A DNA stretch of 59,895 nucleotides, counting the filler, from Sphacelaria rigidula (lineage: Eukaryota), in NCBI GenBank assembly GCA_964200075.2. It is 8 parts of 8 records of this genome, joined end to end, with 100 filler letters (N's around TTAATTAATTAA, not from the genome) between each part and the next. Parts side by side here need not be neighbours in the genome. Positions count along the whole stretch, not along the records: positions 44,999 to 52,397 come from CAXNAA020015101.1; positions 52,498 to 59,895 come from CAXNAA020015102.1; 6 more parts are not named here. The stretch is one strand, 5' to 3'. Below the pieces are notes generated by a model. It saw only the letters and a list, made by a program, of their open reading frames with translations. It had not been told where the DNA came from and did no database searches. Each line of letters begins with the position of its first letter. The first letter of the stretch is position 1. Positions 50,138 through 59,895 of the stretch are shown piece by piece. The position numbers were made by a program, and so were the translations under genes.

Positions 50138-50356
50138 GACTGTTGACGTCCGTACTCCGGAATAAACTAGATATGCAATCCTACACTCGTACAGCCGAGT
50201 AGGAGTCCCAACACCAGGACGTCAAATCAGCGAATCAGAGCTTACTTTCGTGTTGACATCACGACTCCCTTATAGCATCTTTTCGCTGCCTCGACGCGTA
50301 CGTATCAGGTACGTGCTCGCGGGATCGTCAACAGTATCTTCTTCGTACTGAGTACG

Positions 50357-50700
50357 GTCGCCCTGGAGGCTCAGTTGGTAATCTCGAAACCTCCTGAGGG
50401 TTGGGTCATGAGTTCGGATCTCTGAGCGATCTGAGATTTTCTCACACAACGCCCGACACTGGAGGGCGACTATGTTGTGGTACACAAAATTTGACTGGAC
50501 GGTCGACGAGGGAAAGGGACTATTGAACCCCTCTCGCGATACAAAATAAAGCCAAGCACCGCAGAAGGAAGGTGGAGAACTACTACAAATAAAATAAAAA
50601 CAAATCGTGTGTTGACCTCTCTCCTGCGTGACCCCGGCTGGTGCGCCCACATATACCGAACGGTGTAGACCAGCGTCCAGAATAGATGGGATACCAACAC
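50357..50700 (+). mobile_element. tRNA-derived SINE copy
   Basis: GTCGCCCTGGAGGCTCAGTTGGT head, GAGTTCGGATC B box, same body and 3' end. Confidence 0.85.
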
Positions 50701-51364
50701 TGGACGTTCGTCCGATCGAACAGTTTGCCTGTAAACCGCAGCCAGCCGTTGTCGCCTCGATATCCATCTTGGACGCGCTGTAGGGACAGCAATCACTCCT
50801 ACAAACAAATCTTCACCAAAGCAACACACCGTTTATATGACGTTCTTACCCCAAGGACACCCATTTCTTTTTCAGAACACTACGAGAAAAGCCCCGAAAG
50901 ATTCATTTTGGTGATCTTGAAAGCGAGGGCTGATATCCGGCGAATTTCGTGCCCAGTTATTCTCGACGAAGGGGCGGTATACCCCCCCCCAGTGATGCGC
51001 CGGGGGCAGTTTTCTTTTTGTTTATAGCCTTTTGAACGCTCTGCGAATAACGGTGAAAATCGGTAGATGGTGGCAACTATCCCGATTTCACAAGGACGGT
51101 CCGCACCAGCTGTGCATGTACCGGCGGCCCAGACAGCATCGCCCAGGCTGAAGAAGCTCGCGCGTGGAGGAGCAAGGTGTGTTGATATATAGACAGTCAG
51201 TTCGTGTCGCAGATTGCAACGGCAACAGTTCCGTATGCAACGACTTAGGGCGAAATCCGTGCAGCCCAGGGTGAACACCACCCCTCTCGTGAAACCTGAC
51301 CTCCGGTGTAAAGGGAGAGCACGGCGCTCGGCCTACACCACCAGTAAAGATACGGAGAAATTTT

Positions 51365-51595
51365 CAGGGTCCTTTACGTTACACGTCAAAAAAATCGTTA
51401 CACGTCGCAACTTAACGTTACCCATCACAAAATTCGTTACACGCGGAGCCCCGTGTAACGTCAAGTCAAATCAAATTAAGCCCCGGGCCTGGCTAGTACT
51501 ACGGTGGGGGACCCCGTAGGCGCTTACCGTAGTACTAGCCAGGCTTAACTTGTGACGTGTAATGAAGTTTGTGGCGTGTAACGTAAAGAGCCCTG
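51365..51595. mobile_element. hAT-like MITE containing inverted 5S rRNA-derived segments
   Basis: ~50-bp TIRs CAGGGTCCTTTACGTTACACG / CGTGTAACGTAAAGAGCCCTG; possible decayed 8-bp TSD GAAATTTT/GAAGCGTT; internal TTAAGC..GGGCCTGGCTAGTACTACGGTGGGGGACC. Confidence 0.75.
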
Positions 51596-51719
51596 GAAGC
51601 GTTTCACCATGTAGACTTCTGTTGCAAAAGGGTTTACTGGAATTCATCAGGGTCGAAAAATTAACGACTTGACTAAACTTTGAAAAAGTTCCCCCGTCGG
51701 ACAGATCAGCTTCCTGTAG

Positions 51720-52172
51720 CTTGAGCTAGCTCCTTTTCATCGTAGCTCCTTAGTGAGCTATGAGAGCTACATGAGCTACGCATGTTTTTCCCGAGTGAGC
51801 TACGAAAGCTGTATGAGCTTTACATGTTTGCCCTACGTGAGCTACCAACCCGTAGCTCATGATCGTCCCGGGTGAGCTATAGGAGCTGTATGAGCTACAC
51901 ACGTTTGCCATAGGTGAGCTACCAACCCGTCGTTCATCAGCTCATATTCGTCCTGGGTGAGCTATGAGAGCCGCATGAGCTACGCAGATTTGCCCTGGAT
52001 GAGCTATGAGAGATACATGAGCTACACATGTTTGCCCTGGATGAGTTGTGATAGATGCATGAGCTACACATGTTTGCCCTCGGTGAGCTACCGGACGTAG
52101 CTCATCCGCACATGTTTACTTTGGGTGAGCTATGAGGGCTAGATGACCTACGCATGATTGCCCTGGCTAAGC
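51720..52172 (+). repeat. GAGCTA-rich ~41-bp minisatellite
   Basis: Approximate unit TGAGCTATGAGAGCTACATGAGCTACACATGTTTGCCCTGGG; irregular. Confidence 0.85.
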
Positions 52173-52397
52173 TAAAAATGTGAGAGAGCTACGCCGATCT
52201 TGGAGTTTTTTCTGTTCCCATGCTCATACACGTTGATATTGTACGTACGTGACGACGGTTCGATGTGCACACACACCTGTGTTCCGTTTCGTGTAGCGAT
52301 GGATTTGCTTTTTGTAAACATCAACATGACTGCATCAGAAGTTATCCCCATCATCGTCACCACACACACACACAACCACAGACGCACGCACAACCAC

Positions 52398-52497
52398 NNN
52401 NNNNNNNNNNNNNNNNNNNNNNNNNNNNNNNNNNNNNNNNNTTAATTAATTAANNNNNNNNNNNNNNNNNNNNNNNNNNNNNNNNNNNNNNNNNNNN
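52398..52497. other. Artificial contig linker
   Basis: Same spacer. Confidence 0.97.
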
Positions 52498-53793
52498 GTT
52501 TGACGATTGATCACGCATCTATTTCGAGACAGAGCACCGTTCCTACTCCTAGTAGAGGCAGCTCCAACATTCCGGCGCTCATTACGTTTCGTCCATAGAT
52601 TTCATAAAGACATTTTACATATCTTATCCCCGTCCTGTTTCGCCATCTGTGACCACCATCTATCTCCTTTTATTGCCATCGTTCTCTCGCTTCTGTCTAA
52701 TGCATCAAACGATTTCATGCTATCTTCGTTTACGTCCCGCATTTCCCCCTCTAGCACGTCCCGTTCTTCCCTGTATCGTTCACATTATGCCGCTATATGA
52801 CTTCTGCTCTCTATTGCTTTGCCACAGGGACAACTCTGTGCATCTACTTCCTCCTCTTCTCTACGACTACTATATATTTTCCTTTTCCTTTTCCTTCCCC
52901 TTTCCCTTTCCCTTTCCCTACCCCTTCATCCCCCNNNNNNNNNNTTTTTCGCAGCGTCCATTCGGCCACGCAAATATGCTTTCATCCCTATCCCCTCTCC
53001 CTACCACCCGTATATCTCCAGGTGTCCTTCCTCGTCTACTATGCGTCTGAGCGCTCCTTTTTCCCTTATTTTTTTAATGTCTCTTACTTTTGTCTAGTAC
53101 CCCGCATCTTCATCTATGAACAGTATTTCAGGTATTTCAGCTTGGTTTCCGCCCATCTCCTTCCACACTTTATCCACTTCTTCATTTCACCTTAGTTCTG
53201 CCCGCCTTCTCGTAGTTTCCTTCCATACAGCCCTATCAACTATAGGTGGCAATCTCTTTCTCTGCATGTTCTTTACGCTATATTGCCATCGCAATTTCCT
53301 CATTTCTCCATTTGTTTTTAGTGAGTGCATTCCCAACTCTGCTCTCAAAACTGTATTACTCGTCGTTTTCGAGCATCCGAGTATTTTCTTAGCTGCTTCC
53401 ATCTGCACTGTTTCCAACTTCTCCACTAACTTCACGTTCCCGTTCCATACTTCCCCTGCATATTCCAGCTTTGGTACGATCACGTTCATCAGGATACATC
53501 TTGTGATCCTAGTGTCTAGGCGCGGGTCTCTGAGGATCACGTCCATCCTACATATCTGTTCCACACCCTCTTCTATTACTTTTTTTATGTGTGCATCCCA
53601 CAAACAGGTTATTGAGATATCTACGCCAAGTTATAAAAACTGGTCTACGATCGGCAATTCCTCTTCTCCCCACTTCCACTTGAACTCTACCGGATTTTTC
53701 TCTCCTTCGTTACAGACAAGTACCACGCATTTGTTAACGTTCGCCGTCACTCTCCATTTCGCAGTAATCTAGCGCCTTGTCTATCTGTTTCTG
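52498..53793 (-). mobile_element. 5'-truncated LINE (RT C-terminal region), same family as 42226-44898
   Basis: KWRVTANVNKC..WKWGEEELPIVDQ..LGVDIS..WDAHIKKV..PKLEYAGEVW..LETVQMEAAKKILG..VLRAELG; nucleotide similarity to 42840-43740. Confidence 0.88.
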
Positions 53794-54108
53794 TGCGAGG
53801 GGGAGGGAGGGATATGGACCACTCCCAGGCCCGCGTGTTTTTCAGCCCATGTGATGCGGTCCATTTTGTTTACTTCACTCTTTCGTTGTATATTTCTGTT
53901 CGAGCTGCCGTTGAAACGCTTGTGCTCGTTTGCTTGCCTTGGTGGCGGCTACCTTCATGTCATGAATGCATTCGAAGCCGATCAGTCAACGTTGGTCAAG
54001 GATAGCTACAGGGCAGCTACAATCCAGGGCATCGCATATTGGAAGTTGTTGGTTCACAACAAGTATGTGAGGACGATAGCGCTTGTCGTCGCATACGAAA
54101 ATGGTCCA

Positions 54109-55054
54109 CACCCTGGACAATACAAAATGTAATATATATATATATATATTGCCCGCTCAATATATCGACGCGTCGGGTGGTCAATATATATTGGACGAGC
54201 AATATGATGACACGAGAGAGGGTCAATATATTGTGCCATCAATATATCAAGGCTCGCGATATGCAATATATATCGACCGAACAATATATCACGACACGCA
54301 CCACCTCAATATATATTGGCCGAGTAATATTTTGGTGCGAGAAGGCACCAATATATATTTGTCGAGTAACATATTGGCTGCCACCCGAGGTCAATATATA
54401 TTGACGATTCAATAGACTCGACACCCGAAGCGCCAATATATATTGCTGCCCCAATATGTCGTGCGTCGATGCGTCCAATATATACTGTGCGGACAATACA
54501 CGAGGGAACCGACGGTCACAATACATGCTGGTGTAGCAAAATGTACTGATTTGCAACATGTAGATTGGAAAGTGTAATGGAATTAGTATGGTGGGCAGTT
54601 CTATGTTCGCGGGCGCCATTCAAACACGTATTTTACATGCCGAAAACGCTCAATGTATTCCTCCGCAAGCGTGTTCAATATATATTGGCTGGACAATAGC
54701 TATCCGATCAACGTGCGCAATATATATTGGAAAAACGATACTTCTGCATGGTTTGCATTCAATATATATTATGGTAACAATATGCTACGCATCGCCTCGA
54801 CTCAATGTATGTTGACACTTCAATACACACACGGCCGGCATGCACAATATATATTGAATGTTTTATTCTCGGAGCAACTGCATGTCCGATACATATTGGC
54901 ATAAATTACTTCATGATCATGACACGAGCAATATATGTTGCTTCAATATCTCCGAGGACATCTCAACACAATATATATTGAAAGGACAATATTTGCGCTG
55001 GCTCCAATGCGGAGTATTGGTATCATATTGGAACATATTGTATTGTCCAGGGTA
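54109..55054. mobile_element. TIR-bounded element filled with a 42-43-bp phased CAATATATATTG repeat/spacer array
   Basis: Left end CACCCTGGACAATACAAAATGT, right end ACATATTGTATTGTCCAGGGTA|TA; about 17 phased palindromes. Confidence 0.8.
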
Positions 55055-55410
55055 TAAGCAACACAGCCCCGGTGACCACCGGGGTACCAAAAGGCGCATA
55101 TCGACCCGCGTTTCCTGTCATCGTGACGTTTAGGCAAGATATATCAATTACATGCTGGAAAGGGGATGGGCGACCCCACACCGGTGGCCAGATAGGTATC
55201 AGGAGGCATCTTTACCGGGTCGCCTCTTCTGTCACCATATTTTCTTATCAGAATGCATATATATATATATATATATATATCAAACGCATTCGACAACTTT
55301 CCGGAATAATGCACGCAAACTTCTGCGACTCCCTTTGAAGCTTTTTCCAATCTGCACGGGCTCCGGCATCCATCGCGTTTGGATCTTTCTTGAAGTGGAC
55401 TCCATACTTA

Positions 55411-55738
55411 TATAACATCCAATACATATTGACCGGCCAATACATTATCACCAACGCAGACCCAATATATATTGGCCGGCCAATACGTTCTCATCGATGC
55501 GACCGTAATATATATTGGTCGTGCAATATGCCGTCGCCCACGCTGCCCTAATATATATTAATGAGACAATATGTGTGTAACCCAATAGTACCAACATATA
55601 TTGGGCGGGCAATATGTATGCAGTCCCACGACATCGATATATATTGGGTGCGCAATACATGTGCAGTCTCAGGGTACCAATAATTCCAACATGATCGGCT
55701 AATATATATATTGGAAACATGTTGTATTGTCCAGGGTG
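55411..55738. mobile_element. Second, left-truncated copy of the CAATATATATTG-array element
   Basis: Palindromes at 55420, 55463, 55506, 55549, 55592 and 55635; right TIR ACATGTTGTATTGTCCAGGGTG|TA. Confidence 0.8.
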
Positions 55739-55928
55739 TAGAATGGTCATACGTACCTTGCTTTTCTTCTTCTCATTTTGTGCTGTGTATGTACCTCGCT
55801 TACCCTAAAATGCGGTCTCGTATATATTTGGGATACGTGCAGCGAGCGGTGGATATGCCAATCAAGGGAGAGAGCACCTATTAACTTCCAGAAATGCACA
55901 TCACTTATATCCGGAAAGCACGTTGCTC

Positions 55929-58668
55929 ATGTGGACCCTTGCCGTCGTCATTGCTGGGTTGATGTCGCTTCTCTGTGTTTTCTGTTTTGTTGTCGGCGCC
56001 CAGTCGTCAAGCAGCAGCAAAGCGTCTTCATCCTCCAGCAGTAAAGCCACAGGCAAAGCAAAAGGCGTGAAAAAATCGACGGCATCATCATCGAAGGACA
56101 AGTTGAAGAAGAAGAAAGACAAGCCCCGAAAGCCGACATTTATGACCACCCTCAAAGCCTTCTTCCACTCCTTGGTCAACCCTCAGTGAGTATCGTATAT
56201 ACTTGTCTCTGCGTCTGTTGCGTACCGGAACCATTCCAAGGACCACACCCTTCCCCGCCCCCCCCCCCCCCCACCTATTTCTCCTTCAAGACTTTTTTCA
56301 AACATGAGAAGAAACCACGACAAGAGCAGCACGAAGGCCTTCGTGTAATGCGTGAGAGAATCGCGTGCTTAGAGGACCGCGCTGTAGTTCAAAACACCTC
56401 AGGATCGACGTTTTTCAATACCAATCGGGGAAGTCTCTGCAGAGACCACGCCCCTGACCATAATCCCAACACCAACCCTGACCCTAACCGTAACCATAGG
56501 GATGTTCAAATTCCGATGCGTTCCTCTAAGCGCGCGGTCCTCTCACGCATTACACTTCGCACAAGCAGCTGCATGAGCTCCGGAAGCGATGTTCAGTGCA
56601 TAGGCAACGGGAATTGAAGTACCCTCATTCTACACCCTCCCTGTAAGGTGCTGTGCGGTCTTCAGGTAACTCCAAGAACCACGCACGTCACTCGTATCTT
56701 ATCAATCATCACGTCGGATCGATCTTTCTGGCCCACGGTCAACTCGTACCGATAGTTCAAAAACAGAACTATCCATTCCTTGAAGTCCAGCAACGTACTT
56801 TCATCACGTGAAATAATTTCATCTTGAGACGTCTAACTACTAAATGAATTCAGAATACCCGACCACCCCCCCCCCCACAGACCCACTCCCCGGCAAATTT
56901 GGGCTCATAAATAACATTTGAGTGTGATCCCCGAACTGAGAGAAACGGACCTTGAACGTACTATAGTTAGTGTACCGTACCGCTTGTTACAGCAGCGGCA
57001 CCGTTGTGCGGAGTACAACAAGTTGCCAGGCATACCTATCGCGGCTTTCCCGAGGGGCCGAAACCAGGGATTTGTCGCCAAAAGTTCAGGTGTCAACGAA
57101 ACTCATTACCGCTCTCGTTGCTCTTGTGACTATTGGTTATCGGTACAGAGTGGTGCGTGTCACACGTTCCGTGATTTTGACGAAGGCAGCAGTAGTTGGG
57201 TTATGGTGATAGGGTTGCGCGACCAAAACATCGGGTGTACTCATGATCTTGAAAAACGTCGGATGGAGCGGGGGAGGTGCAATCTTGATATATCTTTTGT
57301 GATGATGGAAAGTGCGTGCCCCTTTGAGAAACTCGTGGCCGCTTGTTTGCAGCGATCAGACGAGCATGCACTTTCGTTCGTCATCTGTGGCGCCATCACG
57401 TGGCGTCTCCGAGGGAACACGAGAAAAACTGATACGACAACTACGGTTGCATGTCTTTTTTCTCGCCACCGCAAAAAGTGTGTGTTTCTGCGTATTATTT
57501 ATCATTCGCACTCTCTTTCTACCCATGCAAACGTTTGTTCTGCATGCACGGAAGCGCGTCCGCAGTTAGGATACCCTCCATTGTTTTGGTAGTACCGTGT
57601 GCTGTATTACATGCAGTGCCGGCTCGCTATTAGTATTACGAGGTGACTGTAAAAGGGTCTGAGGGCGAAATGTTCGTTCGTGTAGCGTAAGGCAAGGTGT
57701 CCAAGAAATAGGGGTTATCCGCTTCCATGGGATGAGACAGAAGTCAGATAAAGTATCGCGTCGCAAAGGCGCCAACGCGGATACAATGAGAGTACAAGCC
57801 TGGCAGGCCATAGCCTTGAATCAAAAAGATTAACCCATCTCCGGCGCTCATCGGGTCTGAGAAGTCCGTGGCGGGCATCCGCAATTTTCCAGCGCATCCA
57901 TATGGGGCGTGTGTGATCAGTCACCGAAAAAAAAACGAAATTTTTCCCTGTTGGATCGGTTAGGGTGTATTTTCTACTGCATACTATCGTCCATGTTATC
58001 CAGGAGGGGCCAAAAGGGGTTCGCCGGCGAGGCCGACTCTTCGTGAAAAACGAGAAACAAGAAACCGCCGATTTTTTTGTGTTGTTGGGAACATGAAGTC
58101 CCCGACTAGGATTTTTTTTCAGCTGAACCTTTTGCCAAAGTCAATATTGAGCTGGATCTAAATATGTTGTTTCTTACTGGCGGGCTGGTAATGCAATGCG
58201 TTCACACCAGAGCGCACCCCGCGACGCTTGCAGATCAACCAGAGCCGAAGACGGTAGCACACGAGTCTCGGGGGTGCGGTTCATGATGACGGTATTATCC
58301 CCCAGTCATGATATTTTTCAGGGTTAATGACCTCATATCGTACTTATATCCGTTCACTTTCGCGCAAGAGAAACCATTTGTCGTCGGACCGCTTGTGATT
58401 ATGGCTGGACCGTTCGTTCTTCACCGTCCGTTTTTCTTGGAGTTTGTTCTGCGGTCATCACCGGGCACGCTGCACTGAATTTCGAATGTTTCTCCCATTC
58501 CTTGAAAATATTTGGTTTTTTCTGTCTCTCCGTGCCACGTCTTCTATGTGCCGGTCGACCGACTCTTCCGCGAACGTGTGTCCATGCAGCTTCGCGTTGA
58601 AACTGGAGGCGAAGAAGGCGAATCAGGTGCACACCGTGCACGGAACAGCATCCACCACGAAGGCATAG
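55929..58668 (+). CDS. Small (~111 aa) protein with a hydrophobic N-terminus and a Ser/Lys-rich linker; exons 55929-56185 and 58590-58668
   Basis: MWTLAVVIAGLMSLLCVFCFVVGAQSSSS...KPTFMTTLKAFFHSLVNP, then donor CA|GTGAGT (phase 2) joins acceptor ATGCAG|C to give HFALKLEAKKANQVHTVHGTASTTKA*. The frame is also open upstream to a possible acceptor at 55842, so the true start may lie further 5'. Confidence 0.6.
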
Positions 58669-59895
58669 CGAGAGCGAACATGAAGTTTTGAACCTGATGT
58701 ACGGGATGGATGGCACGTGGAAGAAAAAGTAGAAGGTCCAATCTTTCGCGCTCACCCAAATTCGGCGGGGAGGTGGAGCGGGCAGTCTAGATTCAAGTAA
58801 TTTGGCTGTCAGACGTATTCACAACACTGAAACTAAAGTTAGTTGAAGTGTTGCGAGTGCTATGAACTGGTTGACAGGGATGTACACTGATTTGGGAGAC
58901 TAGTGGAAGCTGAGTCAGAAATTCCGAACTGGTACGGTGAAAAAATAAACGGAGAGACCTCCGAGTGTTGGAGTTGCCTGGGATTGTTCGCGCCACCAAT
59001 GGAAGTGGTGTAGGAACACGCCAGTTCACCTTACGGTATGAGTCATTTTTTTCAGTTGGGTTCCTCCTTCGGCCGATACAGTTACATGCTGAGGGCTTGA
59101 TATTATTCTCAAGGTGGGTTTGACAGCTGCTGTGATGGTTGGGCAATGTACAAAAAAGGGTACACCCTGGTGCTTTCGGAACAAAAAAGGGTAACGCTGT
59201 TTCGCTTTGGGGGCGACGCTGCACGCTGGCTGAACACCTCGAAAACACGTTCCAGCACCTCAGCCCCACGCCCAAGGTGTCTGGGCAGCAAGCATACCCG
59301 TCCGTATGTTTTCATTTGCACAAGTGTTGGTGGGCTGAACTACGGCGCCATAAATGAGAGCCTGTGAGAGTACCCTTTTTTGTGAGCAAACCAGGAGGGT
59401 GCACCCTGCCCTCTGTTGAAAAGTGATATCTACCCTTTTTTGTTTTCCTGTTGACCCTCTTTTGTGAAGTGGTGACTGTACCGCCGTCTCAGCACAAGTT
59501 ACGCCGAGCAGTCACAGCCATAGCCATTTCGGTGAATTCGGTAAAATTATATCCCACCAAAAAAGGCCGAAACCGAACGACCGGAAGAGTGTAGCCCCCC
59601 TGTTGGTCGGTCCGAAGACCAGGAAGATCCATTGATGCATATAGATTGCTTGTGTGCCGGAGCTCACAAAGATCCAACGACCATGGGTGAGCATCTTGCC
59701 GACACACCAGCCCGAACGGCATCATGCGGAGACAACGTCAGACCGTTAAACCTTTCTACGATAGCCCCCCCCCCAAAAAAAACCAGCTACAAGTGTCACG
59801 AAAAAAATGGCCACACAGCGCCTGATTTTCGGGTTCAGGCTGCATGAAGCGCCTCATATTGGCGACATTGGCTAGAACGAACCCAAGCGTGGGAA

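Noticed and set aside
51067-51176. Possible isolated exon (TAG|...AAG|GTGTGT)
   Set aside because: Two frames are open, there is no recognisable product, and no partner exons were found.
54109-55738. Bona fide CRISPR array
   Set aside because: The context is eukaryotic, no cas genes are present, the repeat is short, bipartite and degenerate, and it is bounded by TIRs. Reported only as CRISPR-like architecture.
56450-56498. Telomere-like CCCTAA/CCCTGA repeats
   Set aside because: Only a few degenerate units, internal to an intron.

Overview
Eukaryotic, repeat-rich, intron-containing DNA. Gene style and repeat content suggest a brown alga or another stramenopile; this is an inference. The window is not one locus. 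It is eight unrelated contigs of about 7.4 kb (7400, 7400, 7400, 7400, 7399, 7399, 7399, 7398 bp), sorted by size and joined by 100-bp N-TTAATTAATTAA-N linkers, so adjacency across gaps carries no meaning. Spliced genes that can be reconstructed: the 3' half of GPN-loop GTPase 2 (with a GC-AG intron), the 5' part of an ankyrin-repeat gene, the 3' part of an LRR/RNI-like gene, two exons of a Cys-rich module protein that the ORF track misses, and a small two-exon protein with a hydrophobic N-terminus. The rest is mobile DNA: LINE relics, a tRNA-derived SINE family, a chromodomain Ty3/Gypsy relic, an LTR with its PPT, a hAT transposase relic, several MITE or foldback families, and minisatellites. 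Three observations stand out. (1) TIR-bounded elements are filled with a strictly 42-43-bp phased, CRISPR-like array (CAATATATATTG-N6-CAATA plus a unique ~19-nt spacer), and there is an apparently related CAACTAGTTG family. (2) A hAT-like MITE carries an inverted pair of 5S rRNA promoter fragments. (3) A LINE family appears to end in an ATGAGTAC-poly(C) tract instead of poly(A).
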